A DNA stretch of 64,000 nt from Prevotella sp. (lineage in GTDB: Bacteria; Bacteroidota; Bacteroidia; Bacteroidales; Bacteroidaceae): contig JAIKWS010000085.1 of assembly GCA_024684515.1 (NCBI GenBank), positions 7,375 through 71,374 on the forward strand, written 5' to 3'. Shown here piece after piece: positions 1 through 8,428 of the stretch. Positions within the stretch are counted from its first letter, which is position 1. Each line of letters starts with the position of its first letter. A program made the translations under genes and the position numbers. Below the pieces are notes generated by a model. The model had not been told where the DNA came from. It made no database searches and worked only from the letters and a program-made list of their open reading frames with translations.

Positions 1-5
1 TGTTT

Positions 6-1088
6 TTAATCTGCCGTCAGCTCGATGGTGGGGTTATCGAGGTCATAGCTGCCTAACTGATAGAGATAGGTGGGCTGGATGAGGGCATTGATGGTAATCT
101 TCTGTCCCGACTCCAATGAGACATCGAGCGTCCAGCTGTTCTTGGCCTGACAGTTCTCTCTGATGAGATGACCATACCGGTCGTAAACGTCATATACCGT
201 GGTGAGTATGACGGTACGTGGCTCACCCGATTTTAGCGGAGTGAAGAAGACTGGTATCTCCGTCACCTCAGGAGATACGGCTATCTGCACTTCAGCATTG
301 TCTTCCAGCAGGTCAATGTCTGCCTCAGAAGTGGAGAAGGGCTCGAAACTGATGGTGGAATAGGGAGACTCATTCTTGATAATGGCCTGGGTGGTACCTT
401 TCTCAGTGGTCATCACCACCCTCTTCACCTTGATCGTGCGCAGCTTGGCATAGTCGGTGTGAACAGAGAAGTTCAGGGCCACCTCGGCATAGATATGTTC
501 CATTAGCACGTACATGTAATTATCGCCCTCGGTGACCTCGTAGCTGAAACTGCCAGGAGTGACAACTACCGATGTATTAGTAATGTCGAAGCCATCAGGA
601 GTAGCTTCCTTTGCCACCCCTACGACCACACAGACATCCTGTGCACTGACCGTGTTCAGTCCGCTGAGTGTCAGTGTGGCTCCAGCTGGGTAGTCAGCAG
701 AGGTGATGGTTGCCGTGGCAGCTTCCTGCGGCATATAGCCATACACATAATATGTCTGAGCCGATACGATGGCTGTTCCCATCCAATCGCAGTCATGCTG
801 CCAGTTGAAGAATGGGGTGACGATTTTACTGCTTCCGCTGTTGCCATCGGCAGGCGAGAAGAAGAGCTTGATGATACCTGGGCTGCTGATACCTTTTACA
901 TACGCACTGTATCCCTCTGCCATGCCACGTGTGTCATGCTGCACCGATGTCCTGACCGAAGTACCCAGATAGATGGTAGCCATGGCCTTGTCATCGCCCT
1001 CCTCTCCGCTGTCGTTCTGACAGCCCGAGAGCAGTACGGTGGCGAAAAGCCATAGTGCGAACATCTTATATATCGTATGCTTCATCAT
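6..1088 (-). CDS. Fimbrillin-family surface lipoprotein (type V pilus accessory/tip candidate); last gene of pilus locus 1
   Basis: 360 aa. Lipoprotein signal ends in LLSGC and is followed by an acidic stretch (QNDSGEEGDD). A Thr-Arg (HDTRG) lies about 30 aa after the Cys, as at the Arg-processing site of type V pilins. There is a central EHIYAEVAL motif. It starts 13 bp downstream of the preceding pilin gene on the same strand. Confidence 0.55.
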   Translation of the reverse strand: MMKHTIYKMFALWLFATVLLSGCQNDSGEEGDDKAMATIYLGTSVRTSVQHDTRGMAEGYSAYVKGISSPGIIKLFFSPADGNSGSSKIVTPFFNWQHDCDWMGTAIVSAQTYYVYGYMPQEAATATITSADYPAGATLTLSGLNTVSAQDVCVVVGVAKEATPDGFDITNTSVVVTPGSFSYEVTEGDNYMYVLMEHIYAEVALNFSVHTDYAKLRTIKVKRVVMTTEKGTTQAIIKNESPYSTISFEPFSTSEADIDLLEDNAEVQIAVSPEVTEIPVFFTPLKSGEPRTVILTTVYDVYDRYGHLIRENCQAKNSWTLDVSLESGQKITINALIQPTYLYQLGSYDLDNPTIELTAD

Positions 1089-1101
1089 ATCGTTTCTTTC
1101 A

Positions 1102-2967
1102 TTACCAGTTATACACTGGGTGATCTGTCGTTCCCTTGCTGACCCAGTCTTTCACACCCACCTGGAGTTTTATAGATATACCCGTTTCACGTGGCGGCAC
1201 CACGTTGTAGGCATTCTCCAGTGTGCTGACTGTGCCTTTGATAACGGTGGCGGCATCGCTGGCAAACACCTGCTTGGGATTGTTGATTGTTTCCGCACCT
1301 TCAATCTTTCCACATAGATAGAGCTTGCAGCCAGGAGGTACCAGTCCACCCTTGACACTGATATCTTTCGTTGAGTTGTTCTGGAACTCGAAGAAGAGGT
1401 ACACATCCTCCCCCTCTGCCGTCGGCAACACCAGGGTATGGTTGATGGAATATGGTTTTTCTGACGACCCGTCCTTCCCTCTGTTGGTGGTCAGATTGAT
1501 TGTTGCGTTCATCGTATTGTCATAGAGTGTATAGGTATCGGTGCCAGCAGGTGAGAAGCTGAAGTCAACAGCTTTCTGTCCGCTGACGAGGATGCCCGTC
1601 AGCTGCAGGTCGCTCATCTGCACGGTCTCGCCCACATCGTCAGTAAGTGTTTCTGCATCAGCATCCAAGGCGTTGACCCCCCAGAGAATGACATCAAGGC
1701 GGCTGACAGCATACTGCACAGGTTTTATGAGTGCTATGGAATGGACATTCTCACTGACCGGATTGGTTGTGTATTGAGCCAGGACAGCAGACCAGTCGCT
1801 GGTGTTATCATTGTAGTATTCAGACTGTGTGCTTTCGCTCACCATAACCTTGGAATTAACATAGTAGTAGAGGGGTACGGGATAGGCGTAGCGATTGAGG
1901 GGCACCTGTGTGAGGTTGTCTTTATTACCAACGATACCGATATTATCTATGGAGCCATCGAGGACAGGATTATATTTTTTATTAGTGCCATCCCACTTCA
2001 GCGTGGCAGCGCCGTCGGGCAGGCCAAGAGAGGCTGGATAGTCAATGAACTTGGTACTGGAATAATCTGGATTCCATGATAGCGCATGGTTAGTTCCTTC
2101 TGTGAGCACATCGGTAGCTGCCGAGCCTATCTTCATGTTGGCTATGATCTTTTCTTTGATTGTCACGAGATCGCCTGTCAGTTCCGTCAGCGTCAGCAGC
2201 TTACTATAGAGATTCTGCAGGACTGCCAGCACATTGGGACTGGAGCCTACAGTCAGGGAGGTCATCTTTGCATAGAGAATACCCAAAGTAGTATTTTCAC
2301 CTTGTGCTGACCAATTTTCCGTATTACAAATACCGGTCACATAGTCTGCCATCGCCGTGGCAGCAGCGGGGGCAACAGCATCAGAACCATAGAACGTTTC
2401 TGGTGAGAAGCCAATGCCACTGGGAGCGCCTGCGTCAAGCCCTGTGATGGTGAAGCTGCCATTCAACTGTTTTTTCTTCATCGCCTTCTCGTCATCCGAG
2501 AGAGACTCAATGCCGGTTGGCGTTGCATCTGTTGCCTTGCCATAGAAGAGGAAGGCATTGGTTGTATTGGGTACTGTCAGCCCCTGGTAGAGCTGGGAGT
2601 TGCTTGCACTATTGAGCGTTGAGATGGTATTGGCAGTGGTCACTGTGGGAATGCCCATGGCAGGCAGTTCCACTTTGGCAGCGAGGGGGCTATGGCTACT
2701 TCCTACAGCATCAGCATCACTTATATTAAACGGTATCATCACGATATCCTGGATGCCACGGAAGACGGGTGATGTCTGTCCCTGTACGATAGCCTCCGTC
2801 ATACGTGTGGTCGTGCCGCCATCACCGGTGCTGGTACCGACGGCCAGGGCCAGCTCGACAAGCTGACTGCCCGTTGCAGGGCTGTCAGTTGTCTGCTGTT
2901 CCTCACTGCAGCCTGCCATGAGCAGGACTGCTGTCAGCAGCGTCATGATACCATTACCATATCTCAT
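1102..2967 (-). CDS. Mfa1/FimA-like type V pilin paralog (large, 621 aa)
   Basis: Lipobox MAGC plus acidic SEEQQ. Shares with the four upstream paralogs TTTRM...FRGIQDIVMIPF, VQYAVSRLDV and PPGCKLYLCGKI. The C-terminal strand-like motif GISIKLQVGVKDW is more divergent than in the others. Confidence 0.6.
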   Translation of the reverse strand: MRYGNGIMTLLTAVLLMAGCSEEQQTTDSPATGSQLVELALAVGTSTGDGGTTTRMTEAIVQGQTSPVFRGIQDIVMIPFNISDADAVGSSHSPLAAKVELPAMGIPTVTTANTISTLNSASNSQLYQGLTVPNTTNAFLFYGKATDATPTGIESLSDDEKAMKKKQLNGSFTITGLDAGAPSGIGFSPETFYGSDAVAPAAATAMADYVTGICNTENWSAQGENTTLGILYAKMTSLTVGSSPNVLAVLQNLYSKLLTLTELTGDLVTIKEKIIANMKIGSAATDVLTEGTNHALSWNPDYSSTKFIDYPASLGLPDGAATLKWDGTNKKYNPVLDGSIDNIGIVGNKDNLTQVPLNRYAYPVPLYYYVNSKVMVSESTQSEYYNDNTSDWSAVLAQYTTNPVSENVHSIALIKPVQYAVSRLDVILWGVNALDADAETLTDDVGETVQMSDLQLTGILVSGQKAVDFSFSPAGTDTYTLYDNTMNATINLTTNRGKDGSSEKPYSINHTLVLPTAEGEDVYLFFEFQNNSTKDISVKGGLVPPGCKLYLCGKIEGAETINNPKQVFASDAATVIKGTVSTLENAYNVVPPRETGISIKLQVGVKDWVSKGTTDHPVYNW

Positions 2968-3043
2968 GCTTTTCGCTCTTTTTTTTCATCTATTCCTTAC
3001 GCGCGTACATTATATTATATATGGCGCAGGAGATACTGTGTTG

Positions 3044-5095
3044 TCAGATCTGTGGATTCAGGTGCAGTCCGTTCTCCCAGTGCAGGTTCACACTCGTTCC
3101 GAACTCCAGTCCTGGTGAGTCGAGGTCGGGCACGCCATTGGTACCTGTTCCAGGTCCATCGGGGATGGGGTCTACGGTATCATCATCTGGGTCGATGGGG
3201 TAGTCAATCACTCCGTCGCCATCGGTATCCCATCCTGGCGTGTCGGGATTGTCAGGATCGACGATGATCACGTCTGGATTGCCGTCACCATCATAGTCGT
3301 ATGGATCAGGGTCACCATCGCCATCAGTATCCACAGCATCGGGAATACCATCGCCATCGGTATCGATATACTTGTCGGGTGTGCCGTCACCATCGCGGTC
3401 CAGATCAGGCTCACCATCGCCATCGAGGTCTGCATTACCACATAGCAGGGTGATGTTCACCTTGGTGGCATAGTCCTGGATGAAGATACGGTCGATGGTT
3501 CCTGCCTGATAGTTGGTCGTCGTCGTGGCGAGGGGGTCGAGTTTTGCGGTGAGGTAGAAGGTGCCACCGGCAGGAATCATGCCATCGGCACCCTGGAAGG
3601 CGGGACCATTGTTGACGAATTCAAGTGCCACATTGACAGGCACATCAGTCTTGGTCTCCAGGCCAAGTGTATAGTTCTCGCCATCAGAGGTCTTGCCAGG
3701 AAGGGCAGTAACATCACCGTTTATCTCGCGGTCGTAGATGGTATGCTGTACACTGGTCATCACTGGCTTCCAGTTGTAAGCCACCTCTTTCTGTCCGCCA
3801 ATGAGCATTCCCATAAGAGTGAAGCCCTTGGTGACATCCATCTTCGCACCCTTGGAATCATAGTAGTCATTAGCCTTCATCGTGATTCTGGTGTCGAGGC
3901 GTCCTACGGCATACTGCACCTGGTTGGCCAGTGCCACGCTCTGTGTCGATGCCGATACCGACAGCTCAGAACCCTCATACACACTGTTGATGACCTCGCT
4001 CCATTTCTCCTTGGCCTCATATTCGCCCGACTTCACCTCGTTAGAGGCCCTGAGGGGACTGTTCACCTGATAGTAGAGGCTGGCAGGATAGACATACTCG
4101 CTGAGCTGCTTGACCTCCATGTGCTTGCCATATTCGCTGGCAGCAGCCACGAACTGGGTGCCGTCCCATGTCACCTTGCCGGCACCTACGGGCAGGTTAA
4201 GACCAGCGGGATAGCCCTGATACTTGTCGCTGAGTGTGATGGACGAAGAATATCCCACGGGACCTGCTGCGCAGGCATCCTTGATGACGTTGCAGATAGC
4301 CTGTGCCACGTCAGCATCCACCTGAATGGAGGCTGCCAGTGGCGACAATGCTGAATAGAGCTCCCCCAGTGCTGCCTGTACGGCTGTTGACGATCCTGCC
4401 GTGAGTGTGATGAAGAGGTCGAAGTTCTTCTTCAGCATCTCGTTGGTGCTGGTCGACCATCCTGGTACCGAGGCCACGCTGTTGAGCAGGTCGATGAGTG
4501 CCAGTCCGACGGTGCTACCGCCACATGGCGTATCATCAGTGCAGATCGACTCGAGACTGAAACGGATGTCATTCACGGTCTTGAACTGGTTGATGTCGAG
4601 ACCCGTGTGTGTGATATAGCCATATCTGAACTTATCTGCGGGAGTGGTAATCACCTCATCTGCGCTGTTGTCGACAGCCTTGGCATATAAGAGGAAGTTC
4701 GTCGTGCCAATGGGTATGAACTGATCGTTGTAGACATAGAAATTGGTCTGCTCAGGATCTGCCAGGCCAGCACGTGAGATGGCAGACAGCCGGATGATAG
4801 AGCCCAGTGCTGTCGATGTGGTTGTGACATCATCATCGAAGGAATAGAGATGGATATTATCCATGCCTCTGAAGGAAGCCACGGTCTCATCATACTGCAC
4901 ATTGTCTGCGCTCATACGTGTTTTCTTTGCACCCACGATGTCTTTTGGCAGCGAGATGGCAAACTGTGTCTTGGCCACCTTGGCGCCAGTCACAGGATCA
5001 ACGTTTATGATGTCCTCGTTTTCAGAACATCCGCTAAACGTTACAAGAGCTGTCGCCACAGTGGCAAGCAAGCTGATTCTAGTCATTGTTTTCAT
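3044..5095 (-). CDS. Mfa1/FimA-like type V pilin paralog with thrombospondin type-3-like Ca-binding repeats (683 aa)
   Basis: Lipobox FSGC plus acidic SENED. Motifs KKTRM...FRGMDNIHLYSF, VQYAVGRLDTRITM and IPAGGTFYLTAKLDP, then about 84 aa of DxDxDGxPD repeats. C-terminal motif LEFGTSVNLHWENG. Closest paralog is 5132-7210. Confidence 0.7.
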   Translation of the reverse strand: MKTMTRISLLATVATALVTFSGCSENEDIINVDPVTGAKVAKTQFAISLPKDIVGAKKTRMSADNVQYDETVASFRGMDNIHLYSFDDDVTTTSTALGSIIRLSAISRAGLADPEQTNFYVYNDQFIPIGTTNFLLYAKAVDNSADEVITTPADKFRYGYITHTGLDINQFKTVNDIRFSLESICTDDTPCGGSTVGLALIDLLNSVASVPGWSTSTNEMLKKNFDLFITLTAGSSTAVQAALGELYSALSPLAASIQVDADVAQAICNVIKDACAAGPVGYSSSITLSDKYQGYPAGLNLPVGAGKVTWDGTQFVAAASEYGKHMEVKQLSEYVYPASLYYQVNSPLRASNEVKSGEYEAKEKWSEVINSVYEGSELSVSASTQSVALANQVQYAVGRLDTRITMKANDYYDSKGAKMDVTKGFTLMGMLIGGQKEVAYNWKPVMTSVQHTIYDREINGDVTALPGKTSDGENYTLGLETKTDVPVNVALEFVNNGPAFQGADGMIPAGGTFYLTAKLDPLATTTTNYQAGTIDRIFIQDYATKVNITLLCGNADLDGDGEPDLDRDGDGTPDKYIDTDGDGIPDAVDTDGDGDPDPYDYDGDGNPDVIIVDPDNPDTPGWDTDGDGVIDYPIDPDDDTVDPIPDGPGTGTNGVPDLDSPGLEFGTSVNLHWENGLHLNPQI
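3179..3430 (-). repeat. Coding segment for about six thrombospondin type-3-like (DxDxDGxxDxxD) repeats
   Basis: Translation is DLDGDGEPDLDRDGDGTPDKYIDTDGDGIPDAVDTDGDGDPDPYDYDGDGNPDVIIVDPDNPDTPGWDTDGDGVIDYPIDPDDD. It lies 44 aa before the C-terminus. Confidence 0.75.
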
Positions 5096-5131
5096 ATCTC
5101 GGAACTATTTTTATTATATTCGTTTACGTTT

Positions 5132-7210
5132 TCAGAATACTGGGTTGAAGACGATGCCTCTCTTCCAGCTGAGATCCACGCTAAGCCCTAGCTCGCGGTA
5201 TTTCACATCGCTGATGGCCGGCAGGCCATAGGTGGCCGTGGCCAGTCCCTCGTTGCGGCTAGGTGTGTCAGGATAGCTGCCATCGCCATTGGTGGCTATT
5301 GGCAGGTCGCCCACGCCATCACCATCGGTATCCCATGCCGGCACGCCACTGCCATCGGTCACAATCCTGTCCATCAGACCGTCGCCATCGATGTCATAGT
5401 CATCAGGCTGCCCGTCGCCATTCGTATCGACACCTGTGGGCAGACCATTGCTGTCCTTGAGGTACACATCGGGTATGCCATCGTCATTGTCATCACGGTC
5501 AGGCTTACCGTCGCCATCCAGATCGCTATAGCCATTGAGGATGGTCACGGTGAGCTTCGTGGCATAGTCCTGCTTGAAGATACAGTCTAGCGACCCACCC
5601 TTGTAGTTGGTGGCTGCCCGCGGGTCCAGCTCTGCCACGAGGTAGAAGGTGCCGCCAGCGGGTATGGTGCCATCAGCACCCAGGAAGTCATTACCGTTGT
5701 TGACCAGTTCCAGTGCCATATAGGTAGTGGCATCCGATGGTGTCTCCAGACCCAGGGTATAGTTGACGCCTGTGGTGACGCCAGGCCTGAGGGTATAGCT
5801 GCCTGTCAGTGCGGTATCGTAGAGGGTATAGGTGTCTGCACTGGCCACAGGACGGAAGCGATAGTCAGCCTGGCACTGGCCTCCGAAGAGCATGCCCTTC
5901 AGTGTGAAGCCATTGGTGACGTCGACCTTCTTGCCGGCAGCATCGTAGAACGTACCCTTTCTCATTGTCACCTTCGTATCGATCCTGCCCACGGCATACT
6001 GCAGCTGGTTGACCATGGCCACCGAGCGGGTGGTCTTGGACACCTTCGAGGCCGCACCCTCATAGATCTTGGTGATGACACGGCTCCATGATGTCTCGTC
6101 GGCATACTGTCCCGACTCGATAGAATCGGAAGCCACGACGGGTGTATTGGCATAGTACCACAGGGCAGCGGGATAGACATATTCATCAGTATGCTCCACG
6201 CCAAGTCCCTTGCCATAGGCCTGTCTGGCATCGATGAAGGCCGTGCCGTCCCACACACAACGTGCGGCACCCTCTGGTAGGTGTACGTCAGCAGGATAGC
6301 CCTGGTAGTCATCAGCCAGCGTCAGCCTCTTGCTGTCAGCAGCAGGTGCTGAGGCACAGGCATTGGCGATGAGTGTACGCAGGTGCTGTGCCAGGGCATA
6401 GCCATTGCTCTGCGGACTGACATCCTCCAGGTTGACATAGAGTTGCGAGAGCATCGCCTGTACGGCAAACGATGATGACGTGCGCAGGGATACGAACTGG
6501 TTATAAAGCGTGCTGATCAATCCCTCTGCCGTCGACCAACGGTCGTTGGGAGCCGGTGCGCTACACGTGGCATTGGCCAGTGTGGTGAGCAGCTGCAGCA
6601 GCCGCTGTCCCACGGCACTGCCGGCACACGACTCGTCGCTGCTGTTGATGCTCCGCAGACTGAAGCGGATATCATCAAGCACCCTACCCTGCTCTGCCGT
6701 GAGGCCACGTGCCACCAGCGAGCCATAGCGGTGCCAGTCGTCAAGGGTGGTGAGAGCCTCACCAGCATTGCGGTCGATGGCCTTCGCATAGCCAAGCAGC
6801 TGTCTGGTGCCCTCAGGCACCATCACCTCGTTATACACGTAGTAGTTCGTCTCCGGCACGTCGTTGAGTTCACTAGGCACGATAGGACCGAGATTGGAGA
6901 TGAAGGCCAGGGGAGTCGTAGCAGCATCGGGCACGGCACCAAAGGCCAGGAATGTCACATTGTCCAGTCCACGGAAAGCATCCAGGTCCTCGGTGAGCTG
7001 CACCACATCAGCCCCCTGACGGGTGGTCATGCTGTCGGAGGCTCCCACGATGGCATCGGGCATGGACAGTGCGAGCTGCACGCAGACCGTCGATGGATTG
7101 TCTGTCGTGCCGCTGCTGGTCTCATCCCCGCTGTCGGAACATGCGACGATGATGAGCATCATCGCCATCATGCTCGTCAGCCACCAATTATGATCTCTCC
7201 AGTGCTTCAC
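5132..7210 (-). CDS. Mfa1/FimA-like type V pilin paralog with thrombospondin type-3-like Ca-binding repeats (692 aa)
   Basis: Lipobox IVAC plus SDSGDE. Motifs MTTRQ...FRGLDNVTFLAF, LQYAVGRIDTKVTM and IPAGGTFYLVAELDP, then about 86 aa of DxDxDG repeats. C-terminal motif ELGLSVDLSWKRG. The true start may be an internal Met of the MKHWRDHNWWLTSMMAMM leader. Confidence 0.7.
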   Translation of the reverse strand: MKHWRDHNWWLTSMMAMMLIIVACSDSGDETSSGTTDNPSTVCVQLALSMPDAIVGASDSMTTRQGADVVQLTEDLDAFRGLDNVTFLAFGAVPDAATTPLAFISNLGPIVPSELNDVPETNYYVYNEVMVPEGTRQLLGYAKAIDRNAGEALTTLDDWHRYGSLVARGLTAEQGRVLDDIRFSLRSINSSDESCAGSAVGQRLLQLLTTLANATCSAPAPNDRWSTAEGLISTLYNQFVSLRTSSSFAVQAMLSQLYVNLEDVSPQSNGYALAQHLRTLIANACASAPAADSKRLTLADDYQGYPADVHLPEGAARCVWDGTAFIDARQAYGKGLGVEHTDEYVYPAALWYYANTPVVASDSIESGQYADETSWSRVITKIYEGAASKVSKTTRSVAMVNQLQYAVGRIDTKVTMRKGTFYDAAGKKVDVTNGFTLKGMLFGGQCQADYRFRPVASADTYTLYDTALTGSYTLRPGVTTGVNYTLGLETPSDATTYMALELVNNGNDFLGADGTIPAGGTFYLVAELDPRAATNYKGGSLDCIFKQDYATKLTVTILNGYSDLDGDGKPDRDDNDDGIPDVYLKDSNGLPTGVDTNGDGQPDDYDIDGDGLMDRIVTDGSGVPAWDTDGDGVGDLPIATNGDGSYPDTPSRNEGLATATYGLPAISDVKYRELGLSVDLSWKRGIVFNPVF
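5267..5524 (-). repeat. Coding segment for about six thrombospondin type-3-like repeats
   Basis: Translation is DLDGDGKPDRDDNDDGIPDVYLKDSNGLPTGVDTNGDGQPDDYDIDGDGLMDRIVTDGSGVPAWDTDGDGVGDLPIATNGDGSYPD. It also ends 44 aa before the C-terminus. Confidence 0.75.
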
Positions 7211-7310
7211 TTATTCTTTCTTTATTTGGTTGCCCTCATCGTCATCAGGCGAGCGGGCAGTTATTGTCTATCTTTGGTTGCGCTATATTTATTAATGAAC
7301 GCGCGAGGCA

Positions 7311-8345
7311 TCAGATGCCAGGATTAGGGCCTAGGCCCTCTCTCCAGTTGAATTCCACCGAGGTGCCTATCTCCACGTTGGGAGAGTAGACAGAGCCATC
7401 GTCTTTCAGCAGGGCATATACCACCTTGATCTGTCCTGCCGACAACGGCTCGTCGATATAGAGGGTGGTACGTGTGATAGTATTGTCGGGCATGGTCACA
7501 TTGACATACATCTGCCAGATGCTGCGCAGACGTGCCGTCTCACTATCGTCGCGGGTGTCTGTCTGTGCCTCCTCGGCAGTGTCGTAGCTTGGGAACGAGA
7601 CGGCATAGAACACCTCACGCTCCACGGGAGGTTTCGTCACCCGGTAGTCGCGCAGCACAGGGTGCTCATTATGCGTATAGACGGAGTCAGCGACATAGAA
7701 TCCGTCGGCAAAGCCACGGCAAGCCACCTGCATATCCTTATATTCCACGCCATTGGTCTTCACCACCAGGATATTGGCACAGTTCACCATGCTCAGCAGC
7801 ACTTCAAAGGTCTGGCTCTTTCCGAACTCGACATTGAGACGCTTGCGTGCCGAGAAGAGTCCGGTGCTGTGTCCATAGATGGTATCGCCTTTTTCCTGCC
7901 TAAGGTAGTAAACAGAAGGTATGTCGCCACGCGACATGTCCACCTCTTTCTCCTTGTCGATATTGGCGAGGGCCAGGTGGTTGTATTCACTCACGGGCAG
8001 CTCCAGGGTGTAGACAGCCTGCTCGGCTTCCATCTGGCGGTGCACGTAGTACGTGAGTTTATGCACATTGGTATTAAAGAACGACAGGTCGATGTCATGT
8101 GCAAACTCACTGAAGATATTCTTCAGCGAGTCCTGGAGCAGGTTGGCCACATTGTCTTCGAACCGGTTTCTCAGCTCTGTCTGCAGTTCCGTCTGCAGGT
8201 TGGTCTTCAGCCGCACCTCATATTCGATGTGGAAGTCCGACTCACAGTCTGCCGCATTGTCATCAATGGTCGAGCAGGCCGTGAATAGTGAGCCCCACAG
8301 TGTGATACAGCCCCATGCCAACAGCTTTTTCAGTAGAGAAGTCAT
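7311..8345 (-). CDS. FimB/Mfa2-like type V pilus anchor candidate (344 aa)
   Basis: Lipobox FTAC followed by STIDDNAADCE (a second Cys after an acidic run, as recalled for Mfa2/FimB-family proteins; compare 25301-26350). It has no Thr-Arg processing motif after the signal. It keeps the locus-wide C-terminal motif VEIGTSVEFNWREG. Confidence 0.5.
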   Translation of the reverse strand: MTSLLKKLLAWGCITLWGSLFTACSTIDDNAADCESDFHIEYEVRLKTNLQTELQTELRNRFEDNVANLLQDSLKNIFSEFAHDIDLSFFNTNVHKLTYYVHRQMEAEQAVYTLELPVSEYNHLALANIDKEKEVDMSRGDIPSVYYLRQEKGDTIYGHSTGLFSARKRLNVEFGKSQTFEVLLSMVNCANILVVKTNGVEYKDMQVACRGFADGFYVADSVYTHNEHPVLRDYRVTKPPVEREVFYAVSFPSYDTAEEAQTDTRDDSETARLRSIWQMYVNVTMPDNTITRTTLYIDEPLSAGQIKVVYALLKDDGSVYSPNVEIGTSVEFNWREGLGPNPGI

Positions 8346-8369
8346 AACCGATTCTTTTTTTTAAAATCC

Positions 8370-8392
8370 CCCGCACCCGCAAGGAGTGCGGG
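8370..8392 (-). terminator. Intra-operon hairpin (possible attenuator) between the second stalk-like pilin gene and the anchor gene
   Basis: 7-bp GC-rich stem CCCGCAC/GTGCGGG with a 9-nt loop. On the transcribed (minus) strand it is followed by GGAUUUUAAAAAAAAG. The U tract is short. Confidence 0.35.
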
Positions 8393-8428
8393 AGAATATG
8401 CTTATTGATGAGTGATACGATACACGGA

